Positions 1-17,800 of a DNA stretch of 64,000 bases are shown piece after piece. Made by a program: the position numbers and the translations under genes. The number at the start of each line of letters is the position of its first letter. Position 1 is the stretch's first letter. The stretch is from Chrysomallon squamiferum (Eukaryota > Animalia > Mollusca): positions 27,404,001 through 27,468,000 of the forward strand of contig CM022670.1 of NCBI GenBank assembly GCA_012295275.1, written 5' to 3'. Under the pieces are notes generated by a model. The model was not told the DNA's origin and searched no databases. It saw only the letters and a program-made list of their open reading frames with translations.

Positions 1-979
1 AAAAGCTAATACTGGATCAACTTAGAAATTCAAAACAATTTACATAATCGTAAACTCAGTAAAAAATCTAATGGAATGACTATAATACTATTGTATGGAC
101 TCACTTCAACTTTAAGTTTTTATTGTAATGAATTACAGAAACAGTTAATGATAACCACCATCCACAAACACAAATGGAAATTCAAATCCTGAACAGATTT
201 GAAAGAATAATTTTTCGTCTGTCAAACAGACAACTTTAAACTTGTTAATTAACATGATGATTACTCAATTTGAGTATGAAACAGCTTTGCTCAGAGGAGG
301 ATTAACCGTTTGATTTTAATGTAGAATATCAATGCAACAAATATATAAAATCTGGATTTAGAAAACAATAATATTAATAATTAATAAAAAAAAAGAACTT
401 GCCACATAACAAGAAAAAAATAAACATTGCTCTGGGATGCTATATCTATTTCACAACGAATGTTAAAAAAAAAAAAAAAAAAAGTTAATGTATGCAAATC
501 CTACATGAAAACTTAACAAACTGTTTCTGTCATATCCAGCATAACATATGTTAACAAATATTAACAGCAATGAGAACAGATCTTCGGTTATATTACACAA
601 CTCTTTCTTCAGAGCACTACACAAAGCAGACCTCTCATCAAACAACTCGAACACAAAAGAGGCATGGACCGTTCTTCAGTTTTTCAGAAGCAAAGGCTCT
701 TTTTTTAATTTTTTTTATCTTCTTGTTCTTCTTTTTTCATCTTTATTTTTGTTTAAATTGATGAAAATTTATATTAAAAAAAAGAAGAGAAAAGCAAAAA
801 AAAAATAAATGAAGAGAGATTTTCCTTTACTGTTGGCAAGATGTTATCATCTGACTCAATCCAGTTAGTGAGTATTACAAGTAACACCTTGATTTTTCTG
901 TTCTGAAGTCCACGTTCTGACGTCTGCAGATTAAACAGATCCCCAAATGATGACGTTTTGGTGGTGTTAGCAATTTCTG

Positions 980-6298
<5,319 letters not shown>

Positions 6299-6703
6299 GA
6301 CTGTAAGTCAATTACTGCAAGACTATGAAAATTACTCCAACTCTGTAAAGTATCCGGAAGTAGATTTAAAAGGTTTTTAGTGCTTAATGAATTATGGGAA
6401 ATCGTATGATAATATCCTCTAACTTATTATTCGAGATATGACAAAATTAAAATTATCAAAAATGTATATTTAAAATAAATAAAACCTATATAGGAATACA
6501 GGAATAAATGTATTCCGCAAGGGCAATAAATTAAATGATTTAGGTTATCAGTTACTATGAGATGTACATGGACCGAATACCTTAGCTCTCAGTTTGTATC
6601 CATTTGACTCTCAAGATTACAATTTCTGGATTTTTATCAGATAGTAATTATTTTAACTTATTATTGTTATACACAAACATGTTGCCTTTATTTTGTTTAA
6701 ACA

Positions 6704-6764
<61 letters not shown>

Positions 6765-6970
6765 TAAAAATAATAATAATAATAATTACATCATATTCGC
6801 GATTATTAAATAATGCATGTTAAATAGATGAAATAATCAAACATTTTGTATAATTATTATAACTATTCACGAATACTTTTCAACTGTCAGATGCAGAATA
6901 CTCTGAATAGCAGCCTGTGTTCGTGTAGAATAAAATGCAGGTGAATGGAGATGATGCCTAACAAGCTAAG
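6299..6970. promoter_or_regulatory. Putative bidirectional promoter region between TFIIS and the ICAP1-like gene
   Basis: Divergent genes with start codons at 6298 (-) and 7233 (+). ETS-type CCGGAAGT at 6354-6361, locally more CpG, and a possible 5' exon ending at donor AAG|GTATGG (6970). Confidence 0.55.
6705..6785. repeat. (AAT)n microsatellite
   Basis: Direct observation. Confidence 0.95.
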
Positions 6971-7232
6971 GTATGGGTGATTCACTATAAATTTTGATTT
7001 AAAAAGAAACAAAAGGAAGAAAATATCTTCAGTCGCCATAACTCCACATCGTCAGCATAAGCAAATATTGAAATAAAATCCAAAAGATTCAGAAGATATT
7101 GTAATAAGTAATTTCTTAAAGAAAGTACTTTATAGAGATTAAAACGCTTGGTGTCATTCTAATTTTTTCCCCGTGATATTTTCTGCAGGTACAGAACTGT
7201 GGTAATGTGCGAAAAAGTACAATTATTTAGTT

Positions 7233-10191
7233 ATGTTTAAAAAGAACAAATCACGGAACCAGCCAGGAGGAAGCAAAGAAACTGTAGACGGGAATTTAGT
7301 GAGTGGAACTCGAAGCATTTAAAATTAACCAAGAGTCGTAAACAGTAATCACAGCAGCAAAAAGCTTGTTTTGATTTCCTGCTTCAGCCATTTATTTATT
7401 ATTATCATGATCATTAATGACGTCTTGTTGTAAACCAAACTATAAAACTAACACACACGTATTTTACTTTGTATCGTATCATGACAGTATTATTTGTCAG
7501 ATTCCTTAATAATTGAATTATGTGCTTGTAAACTTGTAATAGAAAATTTATTGTATAATTATTAAACGCACGCACACACACACACACACACACCAAAATG
7601 ACAGTTCCAAAACATCTAAATTTGAAAATTATTTCTTTCATTATTATTATTTTTTTTTTAAATATATCCATACATCTAAATACACGATATATTAGTTTTC
7701 ACTTTTTTTATTTTCATCAAGATGGTTAATTATTAATTTTGATGATGTAAATATTAGGTGAAAATAATAAGTATACACACACTATATATAAAATAAAACA
7801 AAATATTCATTTATGAAAACTCTAACAATTTATTTGTCTCTAAAACTGACAGAGTGGATCTAGCAATGAAAATTTGAATTCAGTAAAAGATTCCAAAGAA
7901 TCTGTAGATAAAATCTTACATCAGCGGGTCCATTTTCAGGCAAGTTTTTTTTTTTTTTTCACCAATAAAAAATAAATATTTAAAAGGTTATTATTATGTT
8001 AAATGAAAAAGCTCAAATTCAAAAAGTATATTAATTTAAACTTTAGTTAAAATTTGCTTTCCATGTACACTTCTTGAAAATAGCATTTAATGTTACTGAA
8101 GAAAAAAAAGGGGATAAAAAATTATTGAATTATTTTCTTTGTATTTATTTACTTATAATTTAAAAGCTTTTGATAATTAAAATAAAATAAAAGCTTTATA
8201 ATTTATGAAATTGCATTATTTTATTTTTATTATTTACATTTTTGTAGAGGGGATGAATTGAAATTTACATTACTGAAAGCAATTTTATGTTGCTGTGTGT
8301 TTTTTATTCATTTATTTTATTCAATTTAAAAAAACTTGTTTTGTTTTAGGTTTATTACCTTGGCATGGTTCAAGAAATTAACATGGGGAATGCTATGAAG
8401 CGAGACACAGAAGCTCAGCTTATAGACAGAGTAGAAGAAGCCCAGGTGTGTTAATTTCGCTATCAGCTTTGAGAACATTTAAATGTTTTTGTCAAGTTTA
8501 AATTTTTGTGTAATTATTTAACTGTTGTTGATACTGAACATCAAGAGAATATATGCGCAGTTCAAATATGAATTTATGAAAACCCCCACAAATAAGCCAC
8601 ACAATATTTTAATGAAATAGGGCCTATGCATATTTTTATATTAATGACTTTAATGTATAATTACAATGACAGATTTAAGTGAAATACTAGAGCTATAAAT
8701 GAGACGAGAATGTTGTAATGAGTTTAATAGATTTTAAACCACAAAAACACCCATTCCAGCTAGCTTGATGAAATATGGCTAATATTTGTATATTAATCAT
8801 TTTAATATTTATTTAAAATTCTACATTTAATTGAAATCATCTATGAATGTTTGAGACAAAAGAATGTTTGTAATGAGTTTACTAGTCTGAATATTGGTTA
8901 TTATCTTGAAGTGTTAATGCCTGTGTCATTTAAGTAAATGTAGATAAATATATTTATTCTGAGTATAAACTATAGTATGAAGCTAAAATAAATTTGAAGT
9001 CTTATTTTGCATTCAGATTGAAGGAAAACTGCCTCTTGCTGCTGTGGAAAAGGATAAAGTCATGATAAATGTTTCACGTCATGGAATTAAAGTTCTTGAT
9101 ACTGCAGGGCAGGTAACTAAAGTAATGCAGTCATTTCCACTATAAACAATATATGGTTTGAATGTGAAAGTTTTCCCAAAAAGAACTTATTATTAATAGT
9201 TTAGATTTTCATAAATTTCTTAAACTCTTTAAACAAAATCTAAACTATCAGACAAAAGGAAATTAAATAAATGGAACTCATTTAAAAAATGTGAATAAAA
9301 AAACTGAAGGAATAAATTAAAAATAATAAAATCCACTGAAAAAAGATAATAGAAATGGAAAAATTATAACCAGACAGATACCATATGTTTACATAATTCA
9401 GTGATACAAGAAGTAAGTATTGTGGTAGTATAAATGTATTTCATTAGTTTTTTTCTTCACTGCAGGAGGTGCATCAGAGACATCCACTTCACACTATTGC
9501 ACAGATGATTCATTACAATGATGGTTTTTCCAAACAGAATATTGCTGTGAAAATAGGCCAGGTTGGAAAGACTGTGTACCAGTGTTATGTTTTCCAGTGT
9601 CATTCAGAAGTAATTATTTCTGTTTAATATTAATGTGAATTAAAAATTATTAATTAGAAGATATATAGATAATGAAATACAAATATTAATATTATGGGTT
9701 TTTTTTTTTTTTTAAAGTGCCTTGGAATCTAAGTTTTGTTATCTTCAAAAACAGATAGAGATAGTTACCTTTACTTTACACAAAAAACAGGATGGAACCA
9801 AAGGTGCACTTGCTGGACGAGTACCTTTTCGAGCAAACAGCCAATCATTGCTTTCTTGTTTAACTGTAGATGAATATTCAAATCAGTAATTGTAGCTCAA
9901 AACATTAAAAAAATAACAAAATCTATAATAACCATTCATACAGGTATTATAGGAAATATGAAAGATTATTGCTTCTGCTGTTATTGATTTAACTGTTAAT
10001 GATTTCTGTATTAATATGTAGACTGGGACAACATTAGTTTGGTTATTTTAAGCAATTTATAATTAAAATTTTAAATATTTTTTAATTAATCTTTCATCTA
10101 CAAAAGTAATGTTTTTAATACGCAGGATCAAGCCCAGGCCATCTGCCAGTGTGTTCGCCGCATATTTGATGCCATAACAGCTAAGACATGA
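7233..10191 (+). CDS. ITGB1BP1: Integrin beta-1-binding protein 1 (ICAP1)-like PTB-domain protein, 6 coding exons, 184 aa
   Basis: Missing from the ORF track because the exons are short. Exons: 7233-7298, 7853-7939, 8350-8445, 9017-9112, 9466-9609, 10126-10191 (555 nt, all phase 0). Translation MFKKNK...FQVYYLG...VEEAQIEGKLP...VSRHGIKV...HQRHPLHTIAQMIHYNDG...VFQCHSEDQAQAICQCVRRIFDAI matches recalled ICAP1 motifs (MFRKGK; AQQDGKLP; VSKYGIKV; YQCNSLEQAQAIC). Confidence 0.88.
7940..8349 (+). other. Non-canonical GC-AG intron in the ICAP1-like gene
   Basis: CAG|GCAAGT donor is otherwise a perfect consensus and is needed to join HFQ to VYYLG in frame. Confidence 0.85.
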
Positions 10192-13100
10192 CAGAATATA
10201 AAATAAAATGTTAATCAAAGGTATATTGTAATACTCAGGTGCACATCACATTTGTTGCAAGTAGGTTTAAGGTCTGAAACAAAACAATCTGCTTATTTAA
10301 ACACAGGAACTATCAATCTCCAAACATTAAAATGACATTCAGCAACAGCTGTATTTTGCATTATTTCAAAATGGAAGGCTGTAAGAAAGATTCTGCAAAC
10401 AGACACACAAGTCATGAACAGATATGTTTTTTAAAACTCACAGATGTCTGGCATTCTATGTGTAAGAGTAGATTTTGTGATCCATTATCTCATCTTTGAT
10501 CTGTGCAAGTCTGAACTACTCTTCAGTGATTAGACAACACTCAACTTAGACTGTTAACACTATATATATATATATATATATGTATATCTCTGTGTGTGTA
10601 AATAATATTGAAGTATACACATATGCACATGCACGCACACAGAAATATTTTTGTCAAGAAAGATTTATGCAAATATTTTAATTAAATATATTTATATTTA
10701 ATAAAGCCTTTTTTCTTTTCTTTTTTTGTACTTTCATTTGTGTTGAAAAACAAATACTTACCTCATATTTAAAAAAATACTGTACATGACAATCCAGCTG
10801 TGTAGTTAGAACAAGTTTAAAAACGAATACATTTTTTTTATCTTTACCAGTTAACCTGGCTGTTTTACTGGATAATAGCAATTACATTTGTGCCAACTCA
10901 CGTTTATATCAAAATATTAGACAAAAGAAACAGTAACACTTTATTTTTATTTATATTTTTTCAAAGTTGCATGTAAAGTTGGCAAACTACTACTCAGTTC
11001 ACAGTTTTATTTCAGTTACTGAATAAAATAAATCCAGGTCAAATATTTCATACAAAAATAAAACTTGAGTTGTGCAATGTACATCACTTTATTTCAAATA
11101 TTATGCTTTGTTTTGTTTAACCTTCTGTTTGTATGACTAAGATCACAAATAGCCTTTTTTATGTTTGATATACATAACAATATGCACATAATAATCAAAA
11201 CTGTACGTAAGCTATATAAAAAGCTTGCAGCAAATAATGTACTAACAAAACCAAATGAATTCTTTTTTTTTTCCTATTTCATTTTTGATTAGAAACATTT
11301 TTCTCTTTTAACAAATTTATTTTGGGTGTGTATGTGTATGTTCTTGTGCTATTTGTCTCTCTGTAATGAGTAATCATGCAATATTATTTTCAGTTTTAAT
11401 TATTTGTTATTTCATCCAAAGGACAATCAAAATAAATAGATATATTTTCAGTTTGATGATTTAGGAACAAAAATTCTCAGAAGAAATATTTTAAAGAAAC
11501 AAAAACAATGAATATTAACAAAACACACACTCAACATATACTTAAATTTGATAATTACAGTGTGACTGGCACATTATAATAAACCCTGATTGATAACAGA
11601 GGATACTGAAAACATGAGTAACAACATGATTATATTTATGAAACATATTGTGAAGAGTATAAAGCTATGAAGCATAAAACATTGATTTGTATAGTTTAAA
11701 AATCTACTCTATTGGCAGTTATAAAACACATTTGTAAAATATGACAAACATAAGCACTTGTAAACATTTGTTACATATTTAAATATGTAAAAACCACAAA
11801 TTCTGTTTTTAACATTATGTATCTGAATTATGATCTGTATCAACAGATTTGTATAAAAAAAACATTTGCATTTATATATTTAAAATAAGAAATTGTTTTA
11901 GCAGAATATTTGTATCTTGCAGAAAACCATTATATAAGAGAATTACTGTTTTAATTAATACATACCTGACATTTTATTTGTTTTTCACTACATATCCACT
12001 ACATTTTAATAATAACCACCTGTTCATTTATTACCAAGAACCCCCCCAACAAGAAACAAAAATGAAATCTAATAAAATTAAAAATTAAATAACATTTACA
12101 ATAGCATTTTAAAATTACAAGCTAACTTTTTAAGTCCATTTTAAAAAACCTAGAACAAGATAGCTGTGGTCTGCAAGTTAAACTATTATGGTATTAATCC
12201 ACTGAATTTGTAAGAGAAAAAATACCTAATTTATTTTAAAACAGAATTAAATAATAATAATTATAATGATAATTTTAAAAAAAACCAAAACAACAACAAC
12301 AACAAAACCACTACAATAAAAAAGAGAAAAGAAATAAAAGCCCCTGATTAGAATATTAATAAATACCTTGTATATACAAAATGCATCTGTGAATTATGCA
12401 GCCAAGAACTTCAGGAAGGAACCAATCCATGATTCCCAGGAATTATCAGCACTGCCTGCAGTACAACAGTCTGTGTTTTGTTGTAATGTCCAGAGGAAAA
12501 CAGACTGACATAATTTCATATTAAAATTGTTTTCATTTACAAAGTGTACAAATGAGCAAATTATATTTGACCTTTTTTTTCAGATAACAAACAAGTTCCT
12601 GGCCATTATTTTAATCCACAACCTCAGTTCGTTTTATATCACATATAATTTTTATTATTTTTAAATCAAAACTGTAAAAGAATTTTCATATGACTTACAA
12701 AATTATACATGCAATATCAATTTATAGTTCTAAAAAAAAAATTTGATTCTTTATTAAGCTAAAAAGAAAATCATCATCATATTCATCATCTTAATTACAA
12801 ATATTTTAAAAAAAAAAACCACCCTCCAAAACAACAACAGAAAACGATCATCCAATTATTCACTTATTTCACAAACAATTTTCATTTTCTTCGTTTTTAC
12901 AAACATGTAACATGTTTAAAATGTAAGTTGTAGCATTTTAGGGCACACTTACAATGACACTCTAAACAGTGAAAATGAAAATAATGTACGTTTGTATCAA
13001 GTGTTTGACACTTAGATTCAATTCTAAAAAAAAATTCAGGTTAAAATATGAGCATGAGGACAGTTTACTTATTTATTTTAATGTCATATTCATCCTATAC

Positions 13101-14829
13101 AACCTAGACAACTAAAATAAACCAAAAAATCCCCAGTTTGATAACCAGAATTAAGACACTGATCACATGTGACTGTGAAAACATTTGTTTGAAACTAACT
13201 TTAAAATTTGCATTCTGTGTAATTTTTAAATAATTATATTTAAAATAAATTGCGTTTAAAATGAATCTCACTGACTAACATAGGCTACTGTTATAAACAG
13301 GCTATAAGGCTCAATAAACACAAAAGCAACAAAAGAGTAAAAAAAATAAAAAATAAAACACTGAAACACAAACTGACACAGGCACCTATGTAAGTGCATT
13401 TTTTTTAAAATAGATATTTTCTCTTGATAATGCAAAAATAATAATAATAATAAAATTAAATTCCTAAATTTAAATTACTTCAAAATGAAAGTTTATAAAA
13501 ATAATTTTAAAAAATTACAGGATAATATTGTATCAAGTCTGTTTCAAAATGTAAGAAATTCAAGTCCTTAAAAAGAACTTCTTTGTATAATCAGGATGTA
13601 ATAAAAAATTTCTAGCTGGATGGAATATAAGAAAATACATTACAAGTCATCCAATTTGTAAAATCTTCATAGTGTTGTTGTGAACAACAGAAACAATAAT
13701 TTAATAAAATCTTCTAACAAAATTTAAATAACAATAATAGAATAAAATAATAAATACATGTAACTGTACTATATAATTTATATGAAAATATACATCTTGT
13801 TTCATAAAGAAAATAATAATTATAATAAAAACAAAATAATAATCATAATAAAAATTAAAATAATAAAAATAATAAAAATATTCTTAAAAATCACTAATTT
13901 TTTTTTACTAACTTCAAAACATTTTTTTCTACTGATAGTTTTACAAAATATTTTGCTGTAAAAAACTTTCACATGCTAAGACCTAGTTCATTTGCTACCA
14001 TAGAATTTTATTTTTCATTTTCAAGGCATTGTAGTGCAGCTCAGGCCACTTCCCAGTCAAACATAAGAATAAAACTTTTCACTAGTTTCAAGAACACAGT
14101 TTTTGTTTTTGATGTATTTCACAAGAAAACATCAACTCGAGCTGAATTTTGTGTTGGGATTTGATAATATTATGGCACATTAATGTTAACACAGTAATGA
14201 TGCAAATCAAAACTTGTCTTATGTTACATGTCAGCCTCAAATCTCTGAGAAAAAAGAAAAAAATAGCAAGTACTTGGGACTAGCTTATTGGTGGGTTAAT
14301 GAAAAATATGCTTACAAATTTAACATGTAAATTTAAAATGTAACTTATGCATGTACATACAGATGGCCTAAATATATTATATATTCACTTGTTAATGTAC
14401 ATCCTATGATAATAATAATTAAAAAAAACTTTTTTGATGAGATTCATATTTTCAAGTTTATCTTTACAATATTTTATAAAAATAATGGAAAAAAAAAAGA
14501 AAAAAAAAAAAGAAAAGAAGAAAACAAAATTGAATTAAAATTTATAACACCTTTACACCAACGGACTCACAACAATGAATTCTTTCCACATTTTTACATA
14601 TGAATCATATCTAAGGAACAGATAAATGTCAGTCCATAGTTTCTTTTTCACATTATTATCTTAAAGTCATAGCTTTTTATTATTCTCAAAAACTGGTTGT
14701 AAGAAACAAATAAAATGTATTTAGGCTATTTGTTCATACATCAAAGAAAAAACAAAAATAAAATTATAAAACAACTGATCAGAACTGAACACAGTGAGAT
14801 CATCATTCAGAGACTTGGAGCATTTCTTA

Positions 14830-17800
14830 TCACTGAGGCAGGTAGCTGTCTGGGTTGATGTTCACATTAACACTGGCATTCATTTTTTCAATAAGGTCTG
14901 TGACAATGTCAAGGATGTTCTGTGAGCTCTGATGATCACCATTGCTTATTGTACTTGCATTAGACATCTCGCTTACAGAACGGCTGTCATATAAAATAAT
15001 TACAATAATATAGCTATACATTATGATTTAATCTAAATAGTAAACAACATGTATAAACTTTAAAATCCAAACTGAAGAAATTCATTTTTTCATGGATAAC
15101 AAGCATTCATTTATCTAAATTGACTAGTTAAAAAACCAAAAAAAAGAAGAAAATAAACAAAAAACCAAAAAAAACCCAAGACCTAAATCAGAATTTTTAG
15201 GGGTTTTTTTTGATAAAATTAATAGGAGAATAAATATATTCAAGTTCATCTTTAAATAATGAGAATTAGACAAAGAATAAATAAAAATTAAAAATTAAAA
15301 ATTGTAGTAACTTACGTGTAACCATGCTTACTTCTGGTACTGGAGATAGTACTTGCATTTTCTGGAAGAGGAATGCCAATCTGCTGAAGATACCCATCAA
15401 AGGCTGGATAATGTTCAGCAGGAATGAATGGACTCAGTTCTGAAAAGTTAATGAGAAATAACAAAATATTTCTTCCATCCCAAGTAATAGATGTTACGTC
15501 TTCTGAGATTCAACCACTATTAGAAATAAATATTTAAATCAGAAACTCAATTCTGAACATTTAAGAATAACCATGTATATGCTATCACTCCTTTCACAGC
15601 CATAACAAAGATTTCTAGCCCTTGGATTATTCAACCAGTGCTAGATTTTGTTAAGTAAGTCCTTTTATTTAAGTTTCAAGAACCTTTTGATAATCTGCAT
15701 AATTTCAACTTCAAACTTTTTCTGTTTAAATGCAAATAAATGGATTATTAATAGAATTTATTAAAAATTTACTTTTCACAAATGTAAGGCTTTGGTTTGA
15801 ACTTTATTGTCTGTGATAAAAATGTCCTTGCTACTGTACAGTAAGTGAGCTAAAAAGTGCGACAGCTATGGATTAATTTTCTTGTATTATTATTACAAAA
15901 ATAATTACTATTAAGACTAAGTTATATTTAATTTCTAAAGGTTTATGATGGTTAACAAAAACAGATTCATGGAATGACATTTCAAAAACTGTTTACCTGC
16001 TAACATGTGTTTTCTTTCAGGACCAAACAACTGTCGCATATTCTCACAGAAATCTTGAAAAGGCATTTCATTATGCATAACTTTGAGAAGAGTGGCAAAC
16101 TGTCGCAGTTCATCTGGTGAAAGACATTGGTGTATCTGAAAACAAATAATAATATGTAATTTCTTCAGCAAAGTTTTAAGCATTACCTACAACTACCAAA
16201 GATAACCTTAAGCAGAATTTTTAGGGGTCCTGTCCTGTTTATCATCATGCAAGTGTATTTAAAATATTTATTTCAGCTAATGCAAAAATTAATATATCTT
16301 CTCTGAACAAAGTTGATTAAAGAAAAAGAGAAAGAAAAAAAAGAAAATGCACAGGGATTAAGTACATTTAATAAATTCAGTATCTTTGTTTGAGTGTTTT
16401 GAAAATAAATATAAACATCTAAGGTTATCGCCTAAGTATTATTATCCAACAAACAGTAATTTCTTCGAATTCACTAACAGTGTATGTTTGTCAATATTAG
16501 AACAAAAATCTCAATATAGCTATCATTAAAGATCAGCCAGTAAACATTAAGTATCATGATCAGCCTTTGCTGAAATGCTGCACCTAGTGACCTACACACA
16601 TCTGGTTGAAATTTCACTTGACACCCCAAACTATCTTCAGAAAATGACCAGCCAACAAAGACAGCAATTCTTGTCAGATTCAAATGACTAAAAAATCACA
16701 TCTGTAAGCATAAACATTTGTCTACTGTGATATTTAACTGAAAACCATAAATCTGTCTCACAATGTGATTCTGTTCAGTAACTAAACTACCCATATACAT
16801 AGTTACATATATCTATATCTATCTATCTATCTATGTATCTATCTCTCTATCTATATCTATAATCAATATTATTCTCATATTTAACGCCAAAACTAAATCA
16901 TTAACACTAATTTAGTGACAGTTTTAAATGTTTATTTATAATATGCTGAATGTTATGTTGTCTCTGTTTTACCTTTTTAAGAGTTTCTTTCAACAATTCT
17001 TTAGCAAGACTGACATCACTGCCTCTTGTGCTCTGTCCACTAGAACCATGTCTACCATGCACATGTGGTCTCATCTGCAGGTTGGAGTGTGTATTTGATA
17101 TATCAGTGCTAGAGTCAGTAATGCTGCCAAAATTAATGAAAAAAACACTTAATTAATCAGTCTGAAGATGTGTATGTGAGCATGCTCAAAAAACATAATA
17201 ATAAAAAGCAATCAAATATACAGATGGTAAAATAATAGTAATAATAATAATGGAAGTTATAAGCATATTTTAATTAATTATTAGAAATCCAAAACAAGAT
17301 TAAACAAAAAACAAACAAAAAAATAAGAACAACAAGAAGACAATGGCAATAATAATAAAAATTAAAAATTAAAAAAAAAAAAAAACTTGTTGATAAAATA
17401 TAAAGAATAAAAAATAATTAAGTGGACTGATTTTTTTTAATCTCAGATATCAGTCACTTATTTCATTTCATGCTCTATAACAATTTTCAGAGATGAAAAA
17501 AAGAAAAAGAAATGTGAATCCATTTTTCATAGGAAATAAAAAGTTAAATAAAGATTATGACACTGAAGGTGGAAGTGTTGTGAATTAAATCATAACACCA
17601 ATATAGTAAACATTTAGAGTTTTTTTAACAACTACTTACAAGGAAGGCCTCTTTATATCAATTTGATTCATTGTAGATGACCCTATGAAAAATAATAAAA
17701 GAATCAAAAGATAATTTTGAACTGAAATTTAAAAAAAAAAATGGAAATGCCAAAATACTACTTTAAGTCTAAGAAAATATTACTGTAATGTTAAATGTAG

